From assembly GCF_003611635.1 (NCBI RefSeq), contig NZ_RAVZ01000061.1:1-35796 (forward strand): DNA of 35,796 bases. Direction: 5' to 3'. Position 1 is the stretch's first letter; each line of letters begins with the position of its first letter. This DNA comes from Corallococcus terminator. Lineage in GTDB: Bacteria; Myxococcota; Myxococcia; Myxococcales; Myxococcaceae. The notes beneath the pieces were generated by a model. It worked only from the letters and a program-made list of their open reading frames with translations. It ran no database searches and had not been told where the DNA came from. The position numbers and the translations under genes are program-made. Positions 1 to 8,749 of this stretch are shown here, piece by piece.

Positions 1-425
1 CGCCCCAGGCTGCGTCCGTGCCCCCGGGGTGGCGCCAGAGCCGGAGGGCTCGCCCCCACAGCCCACCATCACCGCGCTGACCACGAAGAGCATCCACCCC
101 CACCACTGACGTGCTTCTGACTTCATACGAGCCTCTTTCGATTTCAGAACGGGTGCGGCCCCCTCTTCCAGCTCCCGGGTGCAGGGCACCGCCAGGGAAG
201 CGTCGAAAGGAGCGCGGCGCGAAGCTACCTGCATGGGGTTGCGTTGGAATCTGGGTCCTCTTGGCCCCTGGCGCGCCCCGACCGCTGCGTGAGCCTTCGC
301 ACGGACGAGGCCACAGGCCAGGGAAAGTCCAGGGCGCGCGCACGCGATGTTGGCGGCTGCATCGCGCGGGTGTCTCCCAAACACAGAATGCCCGCGGCGG
401 CGTGCTGGCGTGACACACACATGCC

Positions 426-1313
426 CTACGCGACGATCGTGGCGTCCATCACGGTGAGGGCCACGCCACCGACGCGGGCTCGCTCGATGCGGCCCGGCCT
501 GCCCGTGACCTCGATGTCGATGCGGCCCGGCTTGCCCAGGGTGTCTCCCTGCTCGATGCGACCGGCCACCGTGCCTCCCTGCTCCGGCAGGCGCAGGACG
601 CCGTGCTCGACGAGGTAGGCCGCCAGCGGGCCCGCCGCGGAGCCCGTCACCGGATCCTCCAGGATGCCGAAGCCCGGGACGAAGTAGCGCGCCTGCGCGA
701 CACTGCCCTGCTCCTTCGCGTCCAGCGTGAAGAGGTACACGCCCCGCACGCCGTGCGGCATCAGCAGCGCATTCATCACCGCGCCTCGCGGAGTCAATGA
801 CTCCAGGTCCTCCCGCCGCTTCAGGGGCACCATCAGGCGGTGCCCCTGGCGGACCACCGGCAACGCCGACTCCACCTGATCCACCCTGCCGCCCAGCGTG
901 GGCATCAGCGCCTCCAGCATCACGGGGTTGGGCTGCGCCTCCGGCTGGGGCGTGACGATCCAGACCTGCGTCCCCCGCGCCCCCCGGGGCTCCAGCTCGA
1001 TGTCGAGCGTGCCGGCGGGGCACTCCAGGCGGTACGCGCCCGGGCTCTTCAGCAGGCCCCGCTCCGCGAGCAGGTGGAAGGTGGCGACGGTGGCGTGGCC
1101 ACAGAAGGGAATCTCATCCACGGGCGTGAAGTAGCGCAGACGCACCGTGGGGTCCTCCGGCCGGGACAGGACGAAGGCCGTCTCCGACACGCTCACCACC
1201 GCGGCGATCCGCTGCATCGTGGACGCATCGAGCGACGCCGCGTCGAGCATCACGCCAGCACGATTGCCCACGCCGGGGGTCCGGGTGAACGCGTCGATGA
1301 GCTGCACCTGCAT
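426..1313 (-). CDS. PhzF-family (phenazine biosynthesis-like) isomerase
   Basis: ORF 426..1379(-). The internal ATG at 1313 gives the N-terminus 'MQVQLIDAFT..GNRAGV', which matches the PhzF-family start motif. A GGAG lies about 7 nt upstream of 1313. The product length (~295 aa) is typical for the family. Choosing 1313 over 1379 is an inference. Confidence 0.8.
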   Translation of the reverse strand: MQVQLIDAFTRTPGVGNRAGVMLDAASLDASTMQRIAAVVSVSETAFVLSRPEDPTVRLRYFTPVDEIPFCGHATVATFHLLAERGLLKSPGAYRLECPAGTLDIELEPRGARGTQVWIVTPQPEAQPNPVMLEALMPTLGGRVDQVESALPVVRQGHRLMVPLKRREDLESLTPRGAVMNALLMPHGVRGVYLFTLDAKEQGSVAQARYFVPGFGILEDPVTGSAAGPLAAYLVEHGVLRLPEQGGTVAGRIEQGDTLGKPGRIDIEVTGRPGRIERARVGGVALTVMDATIVA

Positions 1314-1417
1314 GGAGGACTCCGACGGAGGAAGGGGACTGAAGGACGCAGGCATGCTCCGCCCTTCAGCTCCCGTCAAGCGTGGGAGTCTGCCTTTGAG
1401 AAGCGAAAGAGATGCCC

Positions 1418-2074
1418 TCAGTGCATGGGCTTCTTCGGTGTGCCCCTGGAGCTCCCCTTCACCTCGATGCGCCGGCCCTGCGCCTGGACTTGCGGCAGCT
1501 TCATGGAGATCTCCAGGACGCCGTTCTCGAAGCGGGCCTGGACGGTGTCCGCGTCGATGCCTTCCGGGAGCGGCAGGGTTCGCTGGAACAAGCCGAAGCC
1601 GCGCTCCATCCGCCAGATGTCTCCCTGCTCCTCCTCCTGCTCGAAGCTTCGTTCGCCTTCGAGGATGAGCAGGTCGTCCAGCACCTCGACGCGGATGTCC
1701 TCCTGCTTCATTCCCGGCAGATCGGCCCGCACCAGGAGGTTGCCGTCCCGCTCCAGGATGTCCACCCGGGGCGACCAGGGACCGAACTCAACATCCCCGC
1801 CACTGCGCAGGCCGCGTCCCAGACCGTAGTCCGCGAAGAGCTGATCCATGTCCTCCATCATCCTGCGGAAGAGCCCGAATGACCCCTGGGCGAAGCTCCC
1901 TCTCGAAACGATGGGCGCCTGGGACTCCCGGCGCGAGATTCCCGAGCCCCGGGCCGAAGCGCCACCGGTGTCCTCGGGAGCGTCGAGTTGCCGGGACGCC
2001 CCCGAGCCCTTCTTCACGGCCGTTGAGGTGGACGAGGCCTCGGGTCCCCCCGCCTTCGTGTTGTCGGTTGCCAT
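1418..2074 (-). CDS. Hsp20/alpha-crystallin family small heat-shock protein with disordered N-terminal region
   Basis: The alpha-crystallin domain is readable ('WSPRVDILERDGNLLVRADLPGMKQEDIRVEVLDDLLILEGER...FQRTLPLPEGIDADTVQARFENGVLEISMKLP'). A GGGAGG motif lies 4-5 nt upstream of the ATG at 2074. Confidence 0.85.
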   Translation of the reverse strand: MATDNTKAGGPEASSTSTAVKKGSGASRQLDAPEDTGGASARGSGISRRESQAPIVSRGSFAQGSFGLFRRMMEDMDQLFADYGLGRGLRSGGDVEFGPWSPRVDILERDGNLLVRADLPGMKQEDIRVEVLDDLLILEGERSFEQEEEQGDIWRMERGFGLFQRTLPLPEGIDADTVQARFENGVLEISMKLPQVQAQGRRIEVKGSSRGTPKKPMH

Positions 2075-2333
2075 GATGTCCTCCCAGGGGCGGCCCGGTT
2101 GGCGGCTGGCCCGTCGGGCGGCCCCCCTCGATTCGAATCGGGATGGGGATCATCCCTCTGGGAAGCTGACGGTGCGCCCGGGCCCCATCAAGAGGCGGTC
2201 GCAGGCCCCCTGCTCCGGTGGAAACACGGCCGGGCGTTCCCCTGCCCCGCCACCGTCCAGCGCTGGAGCCCCTCCGCGCGCCCCCTCACAACGGGGTTGA
2301 ACGAACGCTCCCGAGCAGGCACAGCAGGGAGGC

Positions 2334-3110
2334 ATGAATCTTTCGAAGTCAGGTGGGTGGGTGGTGCTGGTGCTGCTGCTCCAGGCGGGCAGCGCGTCGG
2401 CGCAGATCGTCAACGTCCAGGCGCTCTTCGATGACAAGGCGGAGCTGGGGCCGGCCGCGGCGATCGAGCTGGGAGGCGACTGGCGCACGGGCAGCACGCA
2501 GCTCTTCTCCGTGCGCGGCTCGCTGGTGGGGCAGATCCGCTCCGAGCGCAACGTCTGGCTGGGCGTCATCCGCGGCGAGTACTCGTTCGCCAGTGGCGAG
2601 CGCATCGTGAGCCAGGTGCTGGAGCACGTGCGCTACCGCCGCCGTTTCACCGACCGCGTGTCCGGCGAGGCCTTCGTCCAGCACGAATACAACGAGTTCC
2701 GCCGGCTCCAACTGCGGGCCCTGCTGGGGGCAGGGCCGCGCTTCGTGCTGTTCAACGAGGAGGCCACGGGACTCACCTTCGGCATCGCGCTGATGGTGGA
2801 GCACGAACGGCTGCGCAAGGACGGGGAGGCGGACGCGGGAGACCGCTACACGGACCCGCGCATGTCCAGCTACCTGTTGGGCCGGGTGAAGCTGATGGAG
2901 AACATCCAGCTCGTGGAGACGGTGTACTTCCAGCCGCGCGTCACCCGTCCGTCCGACCTGCGCGTGCTCAACGAGACCCTGTTCGCGGTGACGCCCAACC
3001 CCCGCATCACGGTGGGCATCGGCTTCAACCTCACCTACGACAGCGCACCGCCCGCGACGGTGCCGGCGATGGACACCCAGCTTCGCACCACCGTGGGCGT
3101 GAAGCTCTAG
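2334..3110 (+). CDS. Secreted/outer-membrane beta-rich protein (DUF481-like by recollection)
   Basis: There is an N-terminal signal peptide, 'MNLSKSGGWVVLVLLLQAGSASAQ'. The rest of the 258-aa product has an alternating hydrophobic pattern. AGGGAGG lies upstream. Only the signal peptide is seen directly; the family name comes from memory. Confidence 0.65.
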   Translation: MNLSKSGGWVVLVLLLQAGSASAQIVNVQALFDDKAELGPAAAIELGGDWRTGSTQLFSVRGSLVGQIRSERNVWLGVIRGEYSFASGERIVSQVLEHVRYRRRFTDRVSGEAFVQHEYNEFRRLQLRALLGAGPRFVLFNEEATGLTFGIALMVEHERLRKDGEADAGDRYTDPRMSSYLLGRVKLMENIQLVETVYFQPRVTRPSDLRVLNETLFAVTPNPRITVGIGFNLTYDSAPPATVPAMDTQLRTTVGVKL

Positions 3111-3134
3111 CCCCAGGCGCACGCAGGTGTCCGC

Positions 3135-3818
3135 TCACAGCGAGCCGAAGTGACGCTTCAGCCCGCGCTGCCCCGAGGGCGTGACGACGAGTCCGCGCGA
3201 ATCGGGTTGACGTTCGACCCAGCCCAACGAGAACACCCGTGACGCGAGCGCCGCCCCCAGCGCCCCGGCCAGGTGGTCGCGCCGCTCGCTCCAGTCCAGG
3301 CAGCGGTGCGCGAACTGGCGGCGCTGGTCTCGCAAGGGGGCCAGCTTGATTCCGAACGCCTCGAACCACTCCTCGCCGCTCGGCGTCAGCGCGAAGGCAC
3401 GGCGCCGCAGCGACAGGTGCCCGCCGCGCAGGAGTGCATCGGTGATGCCCATCCCGAGCCTTCCCGCCAGGTGGTCGTAGCAGTAGCGAGCGGCCCGGAG
3501 GGGCTCCGGCGTGGCCGAGACACGGGGTCCCCGGACCGCCACCGTCATCAGCGCTTCCACCATCCGCGCCACGGTGGGCGTGGCGAGCCGGAACACCTTG
3601 TTGCGCCCCTGGCGGGTCGAGCGGATCAACCGGGCCTGCTCCAGGCGCTTGAGGTGCGCGGTGGCCGTCGCGGGGCTGACGCCGGTGCCGAAGGCCAGCT
3701 CCTTGGCGACGAGCGACCGCCCCTCCATGAGCAACTCCAGCATCCGGATCCGCGTGGCATCCCCCACGGCACCCGCCAGCGCGGCAAGGTCCGGCCCTGC
3801 ATCCATCGTTCGCTCCAT
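3135..3818 (-). CDS. ArsR-family winged-helix transcriptional regulator with extended C-terminal domain
   Basis: The HTH region 'ATRIRMLELLMEGRSLVAKELAFGTGVSPATATAHLKRLEQARLIRSTRQGRNKVFRL' matches the ArsR/SmtB pattern. I take the start as 'MERTMD' at 3818 rather than 3887, because 3887 would overlap the divergent P450 start. AGGAAA lies upstream. The gene is divergent from the P450 gene. Confidence 0.8.
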   Translation of the reverse strand: MERTMDAGPDLAALAGAVGDATRIRMLELLMEGRSLVAKELAFGTGVSPATATAHLKRLEQARLIRSTRQGRNKVFRLATPTVARMVEALMTVAVRGPRVSATPEPLRAARYCYDHLAGRLGMGITDALLRGGHLSLRRRAFALTPSGEEWFEAFGIKLAPLRDQRRQFAHRCLDWSERRDHLAGALGAALASRVFSLGWVERQPDSRGLVVTPSGQRGLKRHFGSL

Positions 3819-3880
3819 GACGAACCATTTCCTAGCACAGGCAGGGTGAGGCGGGAGGAGAGTGTCCCGAGCGAGGAACG

Positions 3881-5026
3881 ATGACACCGCCCACCGACCC
3901 CTTTCAGGCCGTCACCCATCCCGACCCCACCCCGTACTACGCGGACCTGTGTGCCCGGGGCGGGCTGCAACGCGTCGAAGGCTTCGAGCCATGGATCGCG
4001 GCGGATGCCGCCACGGTGCAGGCCGTGCTCACGAGCGAGCACTGCCGGGTGCGGCCCGCCTCGGAGCCTGTTCCCGCGCATCTCGTGGACACCGCCGCTG
4101 GCGCGCTCTTCGGGCGACTCGTGCGGATGAACGACGCCGCGCCCTACCCTCTCGTGAAGCAGGCCCTGGCCGATGCGCTTCCCACGGTGATGCAGGCGGT
4201 GGAAGCCGAAAGCCACCGCCAGGCCGCGCGGCTGTTCTCCGAGCCCCGGCTGTCATGCCTGCCGGAGCGGGCGCTCCAGTTCCCCGTATTTGTGCTTGGC
4301 ACCCTGCTCGGGTTCCCGGAGGAGGCGCTGGAGGAGAGCACACGGGACGTGGAGGCCTATGTCCGTTCGGTCGCCCATCCCGCGACGAGCGACACGGGAG
4401 CCGTGGCCGCCGCACGGCTCGTCGAACGCGTGGCCACGAGCCTTCGAGCAGGGCCTCGCATCCCCCGGATGTTGAGCGCCTTCACAGCGAGGATGCAGCA
4501 CGAGGCAGCGCCCGTCGAAGCGCTGATTCCCAACGCGGTGGGCCTGCTCACCCAGGCATATGAAGCGACCGCGGGCCTCGTGGGGGCTTCACTGCTGGCC
4601 TTCGCGCGGATGCCCGGACTGCCGGAGCAGCTTGCCCGAGGCGAGTGCTCCCTCGACGACGTCGTCCAAGAGGCGGCCCGTCACGGGTCCCCCGTCCAGA
4701 ACACCCGACGATTCCTCCATGCGCGCGCGACAGTCGCGGGTCAGCCATTGGAAGCGGGCGCAACGGTGGTCGTCGTGCTCGCCGCCGCGAACCGCGATCC
4801 CCGCGTGAATCCCCAGCCCGACGCCTTCCTCCCACGCCGCTCGGCTCGCCGGACCTTCACTTTCGGCGTGGGCCCCCATGCCTGTCCGGGGCATGCGCTC
4901 GCGGTGACGATGGCGTCCGCGGCGGTGGAGCGCATGCTCGCGAGCGGCCTGGACCTCACCCCGCTGTCGCAGTCGGTCACCTGGCGCGCGTCCACCAACG
5001 CTCGCATCCTGGGAGGTCTGTCATGA
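3881..5026 (+). CDS. Cytochrome P450 monooxygenase
   Basis: The heme-thiolate loop 'FTFGVGPHACPG' (FxxGxHxCxG) is present, and a conserved EAAR-like segment sits in the K-helix. The 381-aa length is typical. GAGGAAC lies upstream. Confidence 0.9.
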   Translation: MTPPTDPFQAVTHPDPTPYYADLCARGGLQRVEGFEPWIAADAATVQAVLTSEHCRVRPASEPVPAHLVDTAAGALFGRLVRMNDAAPYPLVKQALADALPTVMQAVEAESHRQAARLFSEPRLSCLPERALQFPVFVLGTLLGFPEEALEESTRDVEAYVRSVAHPATSDTGAVAAARLVERVATSLRAGPRIPRMLSAFTARMQHEAAPVEALIPNAVGLLTQAYEATAGLVGASLLAFARMPGLPEQLARGECSLDDVVQEAARHGSPVQNTRRFLHARATVAGQPLEAGATVVVVLAAANRDPRVNPQPDAFLPRRSARRTFTFGVGPHACPGHALAVTMASAAVERMLASGLDLTPLSQSVTWRASTNARILGGLS

Positions 5027-5367
5027 TCGCTGTCATCTTCGAAGTCCAGGCCCACGAAGACCACCGCCAGCGGTATCTGGAGCTCGCCGCGGAGCTGCGG
5101 CCCTTGTTGTCGGGCATCGATGGCTTCATCTCCATCGAGCGGTTCCAGAGCCTCACCGAACCGGGCAAGTTGCTGTCGCTGTCCTACTGGCGCGACGAGG
5201 CCTCGGTGGCGCAATGGCGACGTCTGGAAGCCCACCGCGAAGCCCAGGGTGAAGGAAGGGAGTATGTGTTCCGGGACTACCGCCTGCGCGTGGCCCAGGT
5301 CGTCAGGGATTACGGAATGAAGGACCGGGCAGCCGTGCCCGCCGACAGTCGCTCCGTGCACGGCTGA
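5023..5367 (+). CDS. Antibiotic-biosynthesis-monooxygenase (ABM) domain protein
   Basis: The ATG at 5023 overlaps the P450 TGA stop as ATGA. The product is about 114 aa. 'MIAVIFEVQAHEDHRQRYLELAAEL...SLSYWRDEASVAQWR' fits the ABM ferredoxin-like fold pattern. Confidence 0.75.
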   Translation: MIAVIFEVQAHEDHRQRYLELAAELRPLLSGIDGFISIERFQSLTEPGKLLSLSYWRDEASVAQWRRLEAHREAQGEGREYVFRDYRLRVAQVVRDYGMKDRAAVPADSRSVHG

Positions 5368-5484
5368 GCCAGAGGGGCGACGGCAGGTATCTGAAAGGCC
5401 TTCCGGTCGGACAGCCCCGTGTGTGGCGTCTCCCCCCATCGCATGCGGGCAATGACTCCCCCACCTTCTTTCCGGGGGTGCACG

Positions 5485-5898
5485 ATGAGGGATGGGTTCA
5501 GGAACGCAGGGCTCCTGGGGCTGGCTGCCCTGTTGCTTGGGTCTCCAGCGTTGGGACAGACAGCGGACCCGCCCGAAGACTCCAAGGGGTCGCCGCAGTT
5601 TTCCTGCTTCGAGGCGACCCGCGCTGGGCAAGGCGCCGTGAGCGAAACCCTCGCGGCCCAGCTCTGCCAGGGCGCCCGCTCCGACGCCCCGGCCCAGTGT
5701 TTCCGACGCGTCCAGGCCGGAGGCTTCCTGTCGGACCCGCAGGCGCTCCAGCTCTGTCAGTACGCCACGCCGTCGGATGACCCGGCGTCGTGCTTCCTCA
5801 AGGCGCGGACGTCCTCGTTCCTGGATGAGGCACAGCTCGTACAGCTCTGCCGCCCGCCCATCGCGGAGATGCTGAAGCTGTGCCCCTACGGCCCCTGA
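5485..5898 (+). CDS. Small secreted protein with three cysteine-containing repeats
   Basis: A signal peptide 'MRDGFRNAGLLGLAALLLGSPALGQ' is followed by three ~30-aa repeats of the form [SQ]CF..(8-15)..LxxAQLxQLC[QR]. The upstream in-frame ATGs (5419, 5449) lack a signal-peptide context. The function is unknown. Confidence 0.55.
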   Translation: MRDGFRNAGLLGLAALLLGSPALGQTADPPEDSKGSPQFSCFEATRAGQGAVSETLAAQLCQGARSDAPAQCFRRVQAGGFLSDPQALQLCQYATPSDDPASCFLKARTSSFLDEAQLVQLCRPPIAEMLKLCPYGP

Positions 5899-5908
5899 CG
5901 CGCCGGCC

Positions 5909-8596
5909 TCACCGGGTGCGGAGGAAGTCCCGGACGCTCTGCTGCTGGAGCTTCGCGGATTCGATGCACAGCCGGATGGACTCCACCGCCCGGGCCAGCG
6001 CGCGCGGTCCACCCTCCACGCGCTTCGCGCGGGGCGTGAGGAAGGTCTCCGCCTCCGCGAGCTGGGTCTCCTCACAGAGATTGCCCACCTGGTTGATGAG
6101 CCCGCCCTGCTCATCCGAGCGCAGCCGCTGGGCGAGCACGTCGAACTGCGCGCGGTAGAACTCCCAGGCCAGGGCCTGCGTCTCCGGCATGTTCAGCGAC
6201 ATCTTGAGGATGCCCAGGGCATCCCGCGTGTCGAAGTCCGACCCCACCACCAGGGCCAGCGCCCGCCGCGTCAGCTCCGGCTTCCGGAAGTAGCTCAGCG
6301 CCGTCAACAACCGGGCGCGCTCATTGCGGTCCTGCTCCTTCTTCGCGGCCTCCAACAGCGCGTCGAACAGTTCCGCATCACCATGCGTCGCCGCCCGGGG
6401 CAGCGCACTGTTCAGCGCCTCCGGGTCCACGGACTTGCGGTCCGCGAGCCACGCGCGCACCAGGGGCGTGGCCTGCTTCACCAGCACCGGGTCCTCGCCC
6501 AGCCCGCCCGCCAGTTGCAGGAACAGCGAACGCGTCTGCTTCACCGCGTCGTCATCCCCGGCCTTCGACACCCACCCCAGGGCCCGTGCGCGCGGCCCGT
6601 AGAGCGAGGCCACCCAGGAGCGAAAGCGCTTCCGCTCCTCCACGGAGAGACGGTCCATCCGCACCTGCCAGAGCAGCGACGCTCCGCTCTGCACCACGAG
6701 TCGCTCCGGCGAGCGCGCCGTGGCCGGAACAGCCTTCAGCGCCTCCCCGAGCGGCAGATCCCCACGCTCCACCGCCGCGTCCAAGTCCGCCCAGAGGGCC
6801 ACCTGCTCGCCCGTCGTGAACGCGGAGACCGGGGTCGCCAGCAGCTTCGTGAGCTGTTCGCGCGTGTAGCCCCCACGGTAGTAGCCGGTGCCGCCCGCGT
6901 TGAGCAGAACCCACGCCGGACACTGCTTCGTGGGCAGCGTCACCTCAGTCGTGGGGCCCTTCAACATCGAACACACCCGGGCCGACTGCGTCCCCGTCCC
7001 CGCCTTCAGACAGACAGGCACCCGCCATTCCTGCTGCGTGCTCGCCCGGGAACCCACGGGCAGATACCGCTCCTGTGACAGCTTCACCGTCGGCGCGCCG
7101 CCCGCCGGACACGTCACCTGCGCGGACACCTGCGGCGCGCCGCCCTTCTCGATGAAGCCGCCGAAGGAACTCGCGACCTCTGGCCCCGCCGCCTGGGACA
7201 CCTCCGCCAGGAAGTCCTCCGTCGTCGTCACGCCCCACGCGTGCTTGCGGACATAGCCACGCATCACGTCGCGGAACCGCTCCGCGCCCAGCCATGCTTC
7301 GTACATGGCGATGACGGCGGAACCCTTGTCATACGTCGTCCCATTGTCGAACGAGCCCACGATGTCGTCATTGCTCGCCACCGGCTTGCGCACCGGCAGC
7401 GCGGCCTCCAGCGCATCCGACGCCAGCGCCGACTCCGTCGCGTACATGGCCCGCTCCTGCTGATAGCTCCAGGACGGCTCCAGCCGGTCCACCGTCTGCC
7501 GATCCAACCAGGCCGTGAAGGACTCATTCAGCCAGATGTCGTTCCACCAGGCGTTGGTGACGACGGCGCTGAACCAGTAGTGCCCCAGTTCGTGATTGGC
7601 GATGACCGTGTAGGAGCGGCGCCGGTTCAGCGTCTCCTCACCGGGAGGAATCAGTGTCAGCGGCTGCCCGAGCGCCACGAGCCCCGGATGCTCCATCGTG
7701 CCCCAGTAGCGGGGCACCACCGCCACATCCAGCTTCTCGTAGGGGTACGTCTGGTCGAAGAAGTCCTCCAGCCCCTTCACGATGCGCGGCGTGACGCTCG
7801 CGGCGTAGCGCGTCTCGCCGCCCCGGCCCTTCGGCACGATGAAGCGCAGGGGCACGTTCGCGCGCCCCACCGTGCCCGCCTCCACCACGTCGAACGGCCC
7901 CACGATGAAGGCCACCAGATAGCTGGGCATGGGCCGACTCCGCGCGAACGTGACGCGCTCCAGTCCGTCCGCCACGGGCTCGCGCGAGACGACGGGATGG
8001 TTGGCCAGGGCCACGTGCCCCGCCTTCACCGTCAGGCGCAGCGTCCAGGGCACCTTGAAGGTCGGCTCGTCGAAGCACGGGAACGCACGCCGCGCGTCGA
8101 TGGGCTCGAAGAACGTGTAGAGATAGGACTCCCCTCCCTCCGCCTGTCCATAGACGCCCTGGCTGCGCTCGCGGTCCACCTTGCCGGTGAAGTCCAGGGT
8201 GAGCGTCGCCGTGCCCACGGGCAGCTCCTCCGGCAACAGCAATCCCAGGCGCCCCTCGCTTTCGGAGACGGGCTTCGCGTCGAAGGTGCGGCCACCCACC
8301 GTCACCCTCGCGCGTGACACCTCCAGGTCCTGGCCATGCAGCCACACCTGACGCACCGGCTTGAGCACCTCCACGTCGATGGCGACACTTCCGGGATAGG
8401 TCGCCTCCGTGGGCAGCAGCTTCAGGTCCAATGCGTAGCGCAGGGGCCGCACCGAGTCAGGCAGGCGCAGCGCGGGCGGCTGGGGCGCAGGCCACGCGAC
8501 GGTGACGGGCGCGGCGGAGGGGGGCGGCGCGGCCTCCGGTGAATGGGCACAGCGGACGGTCACCGCGACAACGAGCAACAGGAGGAGGCGGTTCAT
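5909..8596 (-). CDS. Secreted M1-family aminopeptidase (aminopeptidase N-like)
   Basis: There is a signal peptide, 'MNRLLLLLVVAVTVRCAHS'. The zinc site is 'VIANHELGHYWF...WLNESFTAW' (HExxH-18-E). The exopeptidase motif appears as the variant 'GTMEH' rather than the canonical GAMEN. A long ERAP1-like C-terminal helical domain follows. The product is 895 aa. Confidence 0.9.
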   Translation of the reverse strand: MNRLLLLLVVAVTVRCAHSPEAAPPPSAAPVTVAWPAPQPPALRLPDSVRPLRYALDLKLLPTEATYPGSVAIDVEVLKPVRQVWLHGQDLEVSRARVTVGGRTFDAKPVSESEGRLGLLLPEELPVGTATLTLDFTGKVDRERSQGVYGQAEGGESYLYTFFEPIDARRAFPCFDEPTFKVPWTLRLTVKAGHVALANHPVVSREPVADGLERVTFARSRPMPSYLVAFIVGPFDVVEAGTVGRANVPLRFIVPKGRGGETRYAASVTPRIVKGLEDFFDQTYPYEKLDVAVVPRYWGTMEHPGLVALGQPLTLIPPGEETLNRRRSYTVIANHELGHYWFSAVVTNAWWNDIWLNESFTAWLDRQTVDRLEPSWSYQQERAMYATESALASDALEAALPVRKPVASNDDIVGSFDNGTTYDKGSAVIAMYEAWLGAERFRDVMRGYVRKHAWGVTTTEDFLAEVSQAAGPEVASSFGGFIEKGGAPQVSAQVTCPAGGAPTVKLSQERYLPVGSRASTQQEWRVPVCLKAGTGTQSARVCSMLKGPTTEVTLPTKQCPAWVLLNAGGTGYYRGGYTREQLTKLLATPVSAFTTGEQVALWADLDAAVERGDLPLGEALKAVPATARSPERLVVQSGASLLWQVRMDRLSVEERKRFRSWVASLYGPRARALGWVSKAGDDDAVKQTRSLFLQLAGGLGEDPVLVKQATPLVRAWLADRKSVDPEALNSALPRAATHGDAELFDALLEAAKKEQDRNERARLLTALSYFRKPELTRRALALVVGSDFDTRDALGILKMSLNMPETQALAWEFYRAQFDVLAQRLRSDEQGGLINQVGNLCEETQLAEAETFLTPRAKRVEGGPRALARAVESIRLCIESAKLQQQSVRDFLRTR

Positions 8597-8749
8597 GGGC
8601 GCTGGAGCGTAGCGTCATCCCACCCGTCGTCCAGGGTAATCACCGACCCGGAAAAGGGGTTGGACAGACACCCTCCCTTACGCAATCACAGTCTGTGTTT
8701 CCTTCTTCAATCTGGTAGATCGAAACACTCTCCCCACACGGAAGGTGCG

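Noticed and set aside
1-110. Possible 3' end of a + strand gene at the window start (several frames end with stops at ~107-120)
   Set aside because: The frame cannot be chosen from ~100 nt. There is no motif to support any assignment.
840-1829. Long + strand ORF (329 aa) antisense to the PhzF and Hsp20 genes
   Set aside because: The translation is R/P/G/H-rich, low-complexity junk. This is typical of off-frame translation in ~70% GC DNA. It fully overlaps two well-supported minus-strand genes.
2120-2145. 'gattcgaatcgggatggggatcatccc' looked superficially like a tRNA T-arm or palindrome
   Set aside because: No cloverleaf can be built around it, and there are no acceptor or anticodon stems. 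It lies in the divergent Hsp20/secreted-protein promoter region. At most it is a regulator-binding palindrome.
4741-6114. 457-aa minus-strand ORF
   Set aside because: It is antisense to the P450, ABM and small secreted-protein genes. Its composition is R/S/A/G-rich with no motifs.
7241-8317. 358-aa plus-strand ORF inside the aminopeptidase gene
   Set aside because: It is antisense to the M1 aminopeptidase, which has HExxH/GxMEx motifs in the correct order. The composition is R/H/G-rich.
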